In this document: in pieces, positions 38,237 through 46,954 of the stretch | Layout of the letters: every line of letters begins with the position of its first letter | How positions within the stretch are numbered: position 1 is the first letter of the stretch | Assembly (NCBI GenBank): GCA_030446685.1 | Contig: JAUJMV010000033.1 | Location: forward strand, 1 to 52,328 | DNA: 52,328 nt | Reading direction: 5' to 3' | DNA from: Thermomicrobiales bacterium | Lineage (GTDB): Bacteria; Chloroflexota; Chloroflexia; Thermomicrobiales; CADCWN01 | Program-made: the position numbers and the translations under genes | The notes under the pieces: model-generated | The model's database searches: none | Told to the model about the DNA's origin: nothing | What the model saw: the letters and a program-made list of their open reading frames with translations, nothing else

Positions 38237-38569
38237 TCAGCCCCGCTTCGGCGTGGCGGGGGGCGACGCTTGCACGGCCACGTCGATGGTGTCGAGGCAA
38301 GACTGGGGGTTGAAGACGTTGGGCGCGGTGTGCCAGGGGCCGGGGCGGGTGGCGACGTTGTCGAGCTTGTCCACGGCGTAACAGCGCCACTCGCCGCCCG
38401 GCGGGAGGCCGCTGCGGCTCCCGCCGCCGAACTGGTAGCCGAGGACGTGGCGCCGGCCGTCCTTGGCGCCGAGCGCGTGCGGGCAGAAGGTGCGAACTTC
38501 GCCCTCGTAGGTCGCGATTACCTGCTCGCGACCGAGGATGGCCCCTTCGAGCAGGGCATAGGTGTCCAT
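38237..38569 (-). CDS. Stand-alone WYL-like domain protein
   Basis: AI....V...Y.G..R..CPH.LG........GYQ..G.S.......WRC..V..L pattern. Confidence 0.65.
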   Translation of the reverse strand: MDTYALLEGAILGREQVIATYEGEVRTFCPHALGAKDGRRHVLGYQFGGGSRSGLPPGGEWRCYAVDKLDNVATRPGPWHTAPNVFNPQSCLDTIDVAVQASPPATPKRG

Positions 38570-38674
38570 CGGCCGGTCCCTCCCACGCGCGACGCGGTTG
38601 CCGTCGGACCCTTGCATCGCACCGGCGGTGCCAGGGCTGGGGACGCCCGCACCCCCGCCGCCGCGCCCTCACCC

Positions 38675-38720
38675 CCGCCGCCTGCGGGCGGCACCCCCTC
38701 TCCCAATCCTGGGCGAGGGG
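38675..38720. repeat. Dispersed ~46-bp palindromic repeat, copy 1
   Basis: ccgccgcctgcgggcggcaccccctctcccaatcctgggcgagggg; near-identical copy at 44571-44617. Confidence 0.75.
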
Positions 38721-38824
38721 GGAACGAACCGATCGATATTTCGATATGGAATGCGGGGAGTGGGCCTTGGGGGCGCTGGGGGCGGTTCGCGCCCGCGCCG
38801 GCTTGCCGTTCCCGGTTCGGATCG

Positions 38825-39634
38825 TCAGCGGGCGCAGTGCGCGTTCTGGGGCAGCGTCGACGCGATGGTGATCGCGCCCACCTCGATGCGGACCTGGGCG
38901 ACGCCGGTGCGGCCGTCGGGATAGTGCGTGACGATCGTCGCCGGCCCCGGCTTGCTGTTGAAGCCGAAGACGCGGCCGGAGCTGTCCGTTGCCTGTGCCC
39001 CCGGCGCCGGGAACGGCCCCTGCGTGTAGACCAGCCGCTCCGGCCGCGGGGCGATCGCCACGGTCGCCCCCGCGACGGGCGCGCCCTTGACGCTGCAGTC
39101 CGACGCGATGAGGAGCGTCTCGCCCTTCGCCGGGTCGCGCACGACCCCGGCCTTGGCGGCCATGAAATCCGCGGCGTTGGGGGTGAGCATCGCGACGAGG
39201 ATGCAGCCGCGCGTCCCGTGGAAGGGCGAGCAGGGCGCGATGTCGGCGGTCAGGGGGTCCGGCGGGAAGATCAGCGAGGGGACGCGGCCCTCCTTGGATG
39301 CCCGCACGTAGGCCTCGACGGGCTTCCCGCCGGTTGCGAGCGTGACGGTGTAGATCCCGTTGGCCCCGGAGGTCGTCACGGCGAGGGGGTGGTCGCCATG
39401 GGTCGCCAGGAACTCGATCGTCGCCCCGACGACGGGGCGCCCTTCGCCCGTCACCGGGTCGCGCGCGAGGGGATCGAAGGCCCTCCCACTCACGGTGATG
39501 ACGGGCGGCACAGCGCCGGCCGCGGGCGGTGCCGCCAGGGCGGGCTGGGCGAAGAGGAGGACCGCGGCGATGCCGAGGAGCGCGCGGACAAGACCGATGC
39601 TCTGAAACGCCTTTAGCAAACGTAAGAGGGCCAT
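38825..39634 (-). CDS. Secreted hypothetical protein with carboxypeptidase-regulatory-like beta domains
   Basis: Signal peptide ending AQPALA; two PV.GAT(I/V)...T...G repeats. Confidence 0.7.
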   Translation of the reverse strand: MALLRLLKAFQSIGLVRALLGIAAVLLFAQPALAAPPAAGAVPPVITVSGRAFDPLARDPVTGEGRPVVGATIEFLATHGDHPLAVTTSGANGIYTVTLATGGKPVEAYVRASKEGRVPSLIFPPDPLTADIAPCSPFHGTRGCILVAMLTPNAADFMAAKAGVVRDPAKGETLLIASDCSVKGAPVAGATVAIAPRPERLVYTQGPFPAPGAQATDSSGRVFGFNSKPGPATIVTHYPDGRTGVAQVRIEVGAITIASTLPQNAHCAR

Positions 39635-39706
39635 TGTTCTGTTTCTCCTGCACCAGGGAATGGCACACGGGCGGTTTGGCTGAACGCTACGCATTTGGGT
39701 AGGCGC

Positions 39707-39744
39707 GACGGGAGCCGCCGCAGGAATCCGCGGCGGCTCCCGTC
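39707..39744 (-). terminator. Hairpin terminator after the 39770 gene
   Basis: GACGGGAGCCGCCGC-N8-GCGGCGGCTCCCGTC, 15-bp perfect stem. Confidence 0.65.
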
Positions 39745-39769
39745 ATGCCTACGCCCCCGACCTGGATGA

Positions 39770-40168
39770 TCAGTGGCCGCCGTACTGGCCGGTGTGGTAC
39801 TTCTCCAGGACTGTGGCGCACGTCGAGATTTTCCCGCCGAACCCGTACTGCTGCGGATTCAGGTTCACGTCTCCGTAGAATGCCTCGTACGGAAAGGTTC
39901 CGGGGCCGGCCGCATCGGCTTCGGCCTTGATCTCCTTGCAGTTGGCGATGTAGGCGGCCTGACTCAGCTTCCCGGTAGCCCTCGTGCTGGCACAGCCGCC
40001 GCGGTTCGGGGTCGTCAGTGGCCCGAACGGGGTCTGGAACTGGGTCGCGTTCTCCGCGCCGCAGGCTTGGGCCGGATTCGGCTGGGCCGGAACCGCGCCC
40101 GCGAGGGCCGGGAAAGCCGAGCCGATCAGCAGCGTGCCGGTTAGGAGCGCGACGCGTATGGCCTTCAT
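39770..40168 (-). CDS. Small secreted protein with four Cys
   Basis: MKAIRVALLTGTLLIGSAFPALA signal peptide; 4 Cys in the mature part. Confidence 0.75.
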   Translation of the reverse strand: MKAIRVALLTGTLLIGSAFPALAGAVPAQPNPAQACGAENATQFQTPFGPLTTPNRGGCASTRATGKLSQAAYIANCKEIKAEADAAGPGTFPYEAFYGDVNLNPQQYGFGGKISTCATVLEKYHTGQYGGH

Positions 40169-40632
40169 GCTTGCTTGCCTTCTCATGCGTGACGAACGGG
40201 GACCCGGTCTCTCTCGCTGGCGGAACGATCCGGCCCGCGCCGGGCCGCTCCCAGGCGGCTCGCGGCCGGTGACGGCTTGCGGTGTCGGCGCGACGGCGCT
40301 GTCGCTTGCCGCAAGCCTCCCGGCGCGCGTGCCTGTCAGCTACGCTGATTATGGCAGTGGCGCGCGACAGGCACGGCCACAGGGGAAGCCTCTATCGCAG
40401 CCCCTGTAATTCCGCTTAGGGGGCATGGTGTCGGCGCGATGCGGGCGACCGGCGTGGGGTTCCGCCGGCGTTCGGTGGGGCGCGGGCAGGTCGGGCTGGT
40501 AGCGGTCGCCCGGCCGCGCGGCTAGAATGCGCCCAGCTGTGGGGCGGGCGCGCCGCGCTCGGAGTGCCAGCCGGCGGGTCGTGCGGGAAGCCGGCATCCC
40601 GCCGCGTGGGCGTGGAGGAATGGAGGATTCGG

Positions 40633-41775
40633 ATGCGGATCACCGCCGTCAAGCGTTTCCTGGTCAGCGACGCCGGGCGGATCGGCGTCTATGTCAAGAT
40701 CGAGACCGCGTCGGGGCTCCACGGGGTCGGGGAGGCGACGATCGCCGCGGCGCCGCGGGCGGTCATGGGGCTGCTCGACGACCTGGAGGGGTGGCTGATC
40801 GGCCGCGACGCCAGCCGGATCGAGTTCCTGTGGCAGCAGTGCTACCGCCGGCTGTTCTACCGCGGTGGCCCGATCTTCGGCGCGGCGCTCGGCGGCATCG
40901 ACCAGGCGCTGTGGGACCTGCAGGGCCGCGCGTTGGGCGTGCCGGTCCACCGGCTGCTCGGCGGCCTGGCGCGGGACCGGCTGCGCTACTACGTGCATCT
41001 GGGCGGCCGGACCGCCGACGAGGTCGCCCAGAGCGCGATCGACGCCGCGCGGCGGGGGGTGACGGCGGTGCGCTTCTCGCCGGTGCAGGCGACCGACGCG
41101 GAGGGGCGGCACGACCACCGGGCGGCGGTGGAGCGCGCCGTCGCCCACACGCGGGCGGTGCGCGAGGCGGTCGGCCCGGACGTGGACCTCCTGCTGGAGT
41201 GCCACGGCCGCTTCGACCCGCCCTGGGCGATCGAGCTGGCGCGGCGGGTCGAGCCGTATCGCCCGTTCTTCGTGGAAGATCCGATCCGCCACGAGCACCG
41301 CGACGGCCTGGCCGCGGTGCGCGCCCAGACGGCGGCGCCGCTGGCGATGGGGGAGCGGGCGCACGACAAGTGGGAGCTGCGCGAGTTGATCGAGCGGGAG
41401 TACGTCAATTACGTGCGCCCCGACGTCTGCCACTGCGGGGGCATCACCGAGTTGCGCAAGATCGCGGCGCTGGCCGAGGCGCACTACATCGACCTGGTCC
41501 CCCACAACGTCGCCGGGCCGATCGGGACGGCGGCCGGGCTGCACGTCGCGTTCGCCTGCTCCAACGTGGCGCTGATCGAGGCCCCGTGGGCGTCGCGGCC
41601 GCCGGCGGGCGGCGTCGCCGGGCCGTACCCGGTCGTCGAGGGGGGCTACATCCTCCCGCCCGACCGGCCGGGGCTGGGGGTGGACCTGGACGAGGCGGCG
41701 TGCGCCGCGGCGCGGTTCGAGCCGCGGCTCCTGCCGGAGATCCTGGCCCCGGACGGGGCGGTGCGCGACTGGTGA
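40633..41775 (+). CDS. Mandelate racemase/enolase-family acid-sugar dehydratase (DgoD-like)
   Basis: GGAGG RBS; G.GEA, GIDQALWDL.G..LGVPV..LLGG, ECHGR, FVEDP, GER, RPD..HCGGI, PHN. Confidence 0.9.
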   Translation: MRITAVKRFLVSDAGRIGVYVKIETASGLHGVGEATIAAAPRAVMGLLDDLEGWLIGRDASRIEFLWQQCYRRLFYRGGPIFGAALGGIDQALWDLQGRALGVPVHRLLGGLARDRLRYYVHLGGRTADEVAQSAIDAARRGVTAVRFSPVQATDAEGRHDHRAAVERAVAHTRAVREAVGPDVDLLLECHGRFDPPWAIELARRVEPYRPFFVEDPIRHEHRDGLAAVRAQTAAPLAMGERAHDKWELRELIEREYVNYVRPDVCHCGGITELRKIAALAEAHYIDLVPHNVAGPIGTAAGLHVAFACSNVALIEAPWASRPPAGGVAGPYPVVEGGYILPPDRPGLGVDLDEAACAAARFEPRLLPEILAPDGAVRDW

Positions 41776-41930
41776 GGGCGGCCGGGCCGGGCGCGGGCGC
41801 TGGCCGCGATCCTGCGGATCCCCGGACCGGGGCGTTGCCGACGCGCCGGCGCGTCCTCGCGGTCGCGGGCGCGATCGCCGCGGGGGTGGTCGGTGGCGGG
41901 TCTGTGTGGCGGCTCCGGAAAGGCGGGCGG

Positions 41931-42578
41931 ATGCCGACGGTCTACACCTTCGGGGACTCGATCCTCGACTGCGGGCGCTACAATCCGCACGGCGTCCATC
42001 CCGGCCAGTTGCTCGTGCGCAACGACGACCGCCTCTTCCCCGAGTTCCGCGGGCGGGACCTCGCCTCCCAGGGCGCGGCGCGGCTGGAGCACCGCGCCCA
42101 GGACGGCGCCACCGTCGACGACCTGCCCGAGCAGGCGTCCGGGCTGGCGGTCTCCGGGCCGGCGGTCGCCCTGCTGACGATCGGGGGCAACGACCTGCTG
42201 ACCGGGCTGGTGCTCGACCGGGGGCCGGGGGTGGACGCCTTCGCGGCGGCGCTCGACGCCTTCCTGCGCCGCCTGCCGATCCGGCCGGTGCTGATCGGCA
42301 CGGTCTACGATCCCTCCTTCGGCGACGACCGCCGCAACTTCCTCGGCGTGGACCCGGCCCTGGCGCGGGCGAACCACCGCCGTGTCAACGCGGCGCTGGC
42401 CGACCTGGCCGGGCGGTACGGGGAGCTCGTCGATCTGCACGCCCACTTCCTGGCCGGCGACCCCTCCTGGTTCACGAGCACGATCGAGCCGAGCCTGGTG
42501 GGCGCCTCGGAGGTGCGCCGCGCCTTCCTGCCGCGCGTCCTGGCCCACCTCGGCGCGCGGGGCGACGCCGCCCCCTGA
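41931..42578 (+). CDS. SGNH/GDSL hydrolase
   Basis: FGDSI, AQDGA, TIGGNDL; block V variant IEP. Confidence 0.85.
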   Translation: MPTVYTFGDSILDCGRYNPHGVHPGQLLVRNDDRLFPEFRGRDLASQGAARLEHRAQDGATVDDLPEQASGLAVSGPAVALLTIGGNDLLTGLVLDRGPGVDAFAAALDAFLRRLPIRPVLIGTVYDPSFGDDRRNFLGVDPALARANHRRVNAALADLAGRYGELVDLHAHFLAGDPSWFTSTIEPSLVGASEVRRAFLPRVLAHLGARGDAAP

Positions 42579-42666
42579 GCGGCGGTCCCCGGTCGCGGGC
42601 GCCGCTCCGAGTGTGGGAGCCCGACCCCCGGCCGCTCGCGCGGACCGCTCCTCCCCTCGGCTTTCC

Positions 42667-42728
42667 TTGACAAGCGGAGACATCTCCGCTACTATTCCGC
42701 GGTGCGGCAAGTGGAGGATGCTCCGCTT
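42667..42728 (+). promoter_or_regulatory. Sigma70 promoter with two palindromic operators
   Basis: TTGACA-N17-TACTAT (42667-42695); AGCGGAG-N4-CTCCGCT in the spacer and AAGTGGAG-N4-CTCCGCTT at 42709-42728. Confidence 0.75.
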
Positions 42729-42875
42729 GACCGTAGCAGAGACGACGCCCGGCGGCAAGCCGCGCTCCTCCAGCGTCCCGCCGCGCTATGACGGACGCGG
42801 GCGGGGCGCGAGGCCGCGAGCCGGGGCGGCGCCGGGCGACCATGCTTCGTGCAGGCGGCAGCGGAGAACGGGGCG

Positions 42876-44554
42876 ATGGCTGAAGTGGCGATGGCCGGGG
42901 CGCGGCCGGTGGGGGGCCGGGGGACGGTGCTGGCGGCGGCGGGGCTGATCCTGGTGCTGTTCCTGGTGTCCCTCGACCAGACGATCGTGGGGACCGCGAT
43001 GCCCCGGATCATCGCGGAGTTGCGCGGGTTCGAGCGCTACGCCTGGGTCACCACCGCCTACCTGCTGGCGGAGACGGCGGTGATCCCGATCGTCGGCAAG
43101 CTCGGCGACCTCTACGGGCGCAAGTGGATCACGATCGCCGGGGTCGCCGTCTTCCTGGTGGGGAGCGTGCTCTGCGGGGTGGCGACGGGGATGACGGGGC
43201 TGATCGTCTTCCGCGGCCTCCAGGGGCTGGGGGCGGGATGCTCCTGGCGACCGTCTTCACCCTGGTCGCGGATCTCTTCCCGGACCCGGCGAAGCGGGCG
43301 AAATATCAAGGGTTCTTCTTCGCGGTCTTCGCCCTTTCCAGCGTGATCGGCCCCTACCTGGGCGGGTGGATCACCGACACGATTAATTGGCGCTGGGTCT
43401 TCTTCGTCAACCTGCCGCTCGGCCTCTTCTCGCTGGCGGTCCTCCCCTTCGTGCTGCCGCAGAGCGCGCGGCGGCCGGGCGCGCGGATCGATTGGCTCGG
43501 GGCGCTCACCATCACCGTCGCGGTGGTGGCCCTGCTGCTGGCCCTCTCCTGGGTGGGCGAGGGGGACGCCTGGACGGCGGGGCGGGTCCTCGGCGGGTTC
43601 GCCGTCGCGGCGGTCTTCCTGGCGCTCTTCGTCCCGATCGAGCTGCGGGCGGCGGAGCCGGTGATCCCCTTCACACTCTTCCGCAATCGCGCGATCGCCG
43701 CCGCCGCGATCGTGCTCTTCATGGTCGGCATCGCGATGTTCGGCATCATCCTCTACACGCCGCTCTTCGTGCAGGGTGTGCTGGGGAGGACCGCGTCCGG
43801 GTCCGGCGCGGTGCTGACCCCGCTGGTGGTGACGATGACGGTGATGGGGATCATCGGCGGGCAACTGATCGCGCGGGTGCGGCGGATCAAGCCATTCATG
43901 CTCTTCGGCACGGTCGTGATGACGGCCGGCGTCCTGCTGCTGTCGACCCTCGGCCCCGGCTCCGGCGCCGGGACCGTCGCCCTCTTCCTCTTCGTCACCG
44001 GGATCGGGCTGGGGCTGATCCTGCCGACCTCGACCCTGGCGGTGCAGACGGCGGTGGGCCCGGAGCAGTTGGGCGTTGCCACCTCCGCCACGCAGTTTAT
44101 CCGCTCGGTCGGCGCGACGGTCGGCACGGCGGTGATCGGCACCCTGGTCACCGGGGGCTACGGCGACGCGCTGGTGGCGAGCATTCCGAGCGGCCTGCCC
44201 GAGGGGCTGGTCGCCGCGCTGCGCGATCCGCGCGTCCTGGTGAGCGAGGAGGCGTTGCAGGGCCTCACCGCCGCGACGGCCGCGCTCCCCGGCGGGGCGG
44301 GGGCGGTGCAGGGGCTGCTGGGGGCGGCGCGCGCGGCGCTCTCCGGCGCGATCCAGGACGGCTTCCGCTTCGTGCTCGTCGCGGGCGCCCTGGCGGTCGT
44401 CGGCACGCTGCTGATGCCGGACCTGCGCCTGGAGGAGAAGCCGGCCGCGGAGCCGGCGCCGGAGGCGACGCCGGCCGGCGGCTCGGCCGCCGCCGCGACC
44501 CTCACCACCGGCGCCACCGCGGTCCGCGCGCGGGGCGACGGCCCGGCGGACTGA
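42876..44554 (+). CDS. DHA2 (EmrB/QacA-type) MFS efflux transporter (frameshift ~43240)
   Basis: [46 protein letters not shown]. Confidence 0.92.
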
Positions 44555-44570
44555 GGCGCCGCCCGCGCCT

Positions 44571-44617
44571 CCGCCGCCTGGGGGCGGCACCTCCTCTCCC
44601 AATCCCGGGAGAAGGGG
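44571..44617. repeat. Dispersed ~46-bp palindromic repeat, copy 2
   Basis: ccgccgcctgggggcggcacctcctctcccaatcccgggagaagggg. Confidence 0.75.
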
Positions 44618-44780
44618 TGGGATGGCGCGGCGGCCGCGACACCTCGCCCGAATTCGTGTGCAGTGGGCCGCGTGAGACGCCCGGTTAGGGACGCGGTCGG
44701 CTGCGGCCGTGGGAAGGTTGACGCGACTTGGTTGCTGGCGCTGTTGGCGCGGCCCCGGCAAGCGTAAAGGAGATTGGGCG

Positions 44781-45782
44781 ATGCGGGCAATTCGGATGCA
44801 CCGGCCGGGCGATCCGGACGTGCTGCGGCTGGAGGAGGTTCCCGACCCGACGCCGGGCGCGGGGGAGGTGCTGATCGCGGTCGCGGCCGCGGGGTCAACT
44901 ACGCCGACCTGGCGGTGCGGCAATTCGGGGGCATCCGGGCGGCCCGCCGCCGCCGCTGCCGCTGACGCCGGGCTTCGAGGTTGCCGGGACGATCGCGGCG
45001 GTCGGGCCGGGGGTCGCGGGGCTGGCGGCGGGGGATCGGGTCGGCGCGGTGCTGGACGCGGGGGGCTACGCGGAGTACGCGGTCGCGGAGGCCGCGAAGG
45101 TCATGCCGATCCCGGACGGGGTGGACTTTGCCACGGCGACCGCCTTCCTGATCCAGGGGCCGACGGCCCACGGGGTGCTGCACGACGCGGCGCGCCTGCG
45201 GGTGGGGAGAGCGTCCTGGTGCAGGCGGCGGCGGGCGGGGTGGGCCACCTGGCTGTCCAACTCGCGAAACTGGCCGGCGCGCAGCCGGTGCTCGGGGCGG
45301 CGGGCAGCGCGGAGAAGCGCGAACTGGCGCGGCAGTTGGGCGCCGACCGGGCGATCGACTACACGCGCGAGGACTGGGCCGGGGAGATCCGCGAGGCGAC
45401 CGGGGGGCGGGGCGTCGACGTGGTGCTGGAGGCGGTCGGCGGCCCGGTCGGCGCGGTGGCGGTCGAGTGCCTGGCGCCGCTGGGTCGGCTGGTCATCTTC
45501 GGCGGGGCGAGCGGCCAGCCCGCGCCCCTCCCGGACCCGATGGCGCTGAACCTGAAGGGGCTGACCGTCAGCGGCTTCGGCGGCCCGTGGCTCCGCCCCG
45601 GCCGCGCCGCCGCCGCGCGGGAGGAGTTGTTCGCTCACCTGCGGGCCGGGCGGTTGCGGGTCGTCCTCGGCCCGTCGTTCCCGCTGGCGGAAGCGGCGGC
45701 GGCCCACCGGGCGGTGGGATCGCGCCAGACGGTCGGCAAGGTGGTGCTGCTGACGGGGGCCGGCAGGGAGGGGGCAGCATGA
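44781..45782 (+). CDS. NADPH:quinone oxidoreductase (zeta-crystallin family), frameshifted
   Basis: AAAGGAG RBS; GVNYAD, TPGFEVAG, GGYAEY, QAAAGGVG, GRGVDVVL, GKVVL across frames. Confidence 0.88.
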   Translation: MRAIRMHRPGDPDVLRLEEVPDPTPGAGEVLIAVAAAGSTTPTWRCGNSGASGRPAAAAAADAGLRGCRDDRGGRAGGRGAGGGGSGRRGAGRGGLRGVRGRGGREGHADPGRGGLCHGDRLPDPGADGPRGAARRGAPAGGESVLVQAAAGGVGHLAVQLAKLAGAQPVLGAAGSAEKRELARQLGADRAIDYTREDWAGEIREATGGRGVDVVLEAVGGPVGAVAVECLAPLGRLVIFGGASGQPAPLPDPMALNLKGLTVSGFGGPWLRPGRAAAAREELFAHLRAGRLRVVLGPSFPLAEAAAAHRAVGSRQTVGKVVLLTGAGREGAA

Positions 45783-46408
45783 AACTGGCGATCTTCGGGG
45801 CGACCGGGAAGACCGGCCGGCAACTGGTGGAGCAGGCGCTGGCGGCCGGTCATGAGGTCAGGGCCTTCGCGCGCGACGCCGCGCGGGTGCCGATCCGGCA
45901 CGAGCGGCTCACGGTCGTCGAGGGGGACGTGCGCGATCCGGAACGGGTGGCGGAGGCGGTCGCGGGCGTCGACGCGGTCCTCAGCGCGCTGGGCCAGACG
46001 CCCGGCTCGACCAAGGATGTGCAGACCGTGGGGACGCGGAACATCCTCGAGGCGATGGGACGGCACAACGTCCGCCGGCTGGTCAGCTTGACGGGCGCGG
46101 GCGTGGCCGACGCGGCCGACGCGCCGAAGCTGTGGAACCGGGCGTTCAGCCTCCTGCTGAAGCGCCTGCAGCCCGACGTGCTGGCCGACGCGGAGGGGCA
46201 CGCCCGCGCCATCCGGGAGAGCGACCGCGACTGGGTCATCGTGCGCGGCCCGCGGCTGACCGAGGGGGCGAAGCGGGGCCGGTACCGCGTCGGCTGGGTG
46301 GGCAAGGGGACGGGGCCGCAGATCGCGCGCGCCGACGTCGCCGACTTCATGCTCAAGCAAGTGACGGACAATACGTACCTGCGCCAGGCCCCGATGATCA
46401 GCTACTGA
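45779..46408 (+). CDS. NAD(P)H-binding atypical SDR (flavin reductase/BVR-B-like)
   Basis: MKLAIFGATGKTG, WVIVR.P.L, IARADVA; ATGA overlap. Confidence 0.9.
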   Translation: MKLAIFGATGKTGRQLVEQALAAGHEVRAFARDAARVPIRHERLTVVEGDVRDPERVAEAVAGVDAVLSALGQTPGSTKDVQTVGTRNILEAMGRHNVRRLVSLTGAGVADAADAPKLWNRAFSLLLKRLQPDVLADAEGHARAIRESDRDWVIVRGPRLTEGAKRGRYRVGWVGKGTGPQIARADVADFMLKQVTDNTYLRQAPMISY

Positions 46409-46448
46409 GCCGCCGGTCGGCTTGTGGTGGGGCGTGGGCGGGCAGGGC

Positions 46449-46826
46449 TCAGGGCGTCACGTACCGGCGGACGAGGGCCAGCACCTCGTCCACCCCGAAG
46501 GGCTTCGGCAGGACCTCCGCCACCGCGCAGTCGCGCAGCAGCGCGTCGAGGTCCTGGCGGGGTGCGCCGGTGATGAAGACGACCGGGATCGCCTGGGTCC
46601 TGGGATCGGCCTGGAGCCGGCGGCAAATCTCGGCGCCGTCCAGCGTCGGCATGCGGATATCGAGCAGGATGAGGGCCGGCGGGTTGGCGGCGACGGTGGC
46701 GAGCGTGCCGGCGTCGGTGCTGGTGATCACGCGGTAGCCCTCGGCGTGGAGGACGTCGAGCAGCAACTCGGTGACGTCCACGTCGTCATCAACCACGAGG
46801 ATCGGCCCTGTGGCGGTGGCGGTCAT
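46449..46826 (-). CDS. Single-domain response regulator (receiver)
   Basis: ILVVDDD, ILLDIRMPTLDG, VFITG, KPF. Confidence 0.9.
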   Translation of the reverse strand: MTATATGPILVVDDDVDVTELLLDVLHAEGYRVITSTDAGTLATVAANPPALILLDIRMPTLDGAEICRRLQADPRTQAIPVVFITGAPRQDLDALLRDCAVAEVLPKPFGVDEVLALVRRYVTP

Positions 46827-46954
46827 CGTGCTTCTCCCCGCGAAGTCGTTGCGGCGGTCGCTTGGCGTTGCGGCGCGGGACGGCTGGCGGGCCGGCGTCC
46901 CGCGCCGATCCCGCAAGGGCGGTGCCAGTGCCGGTCCGGACCGTGGCCCCACGC

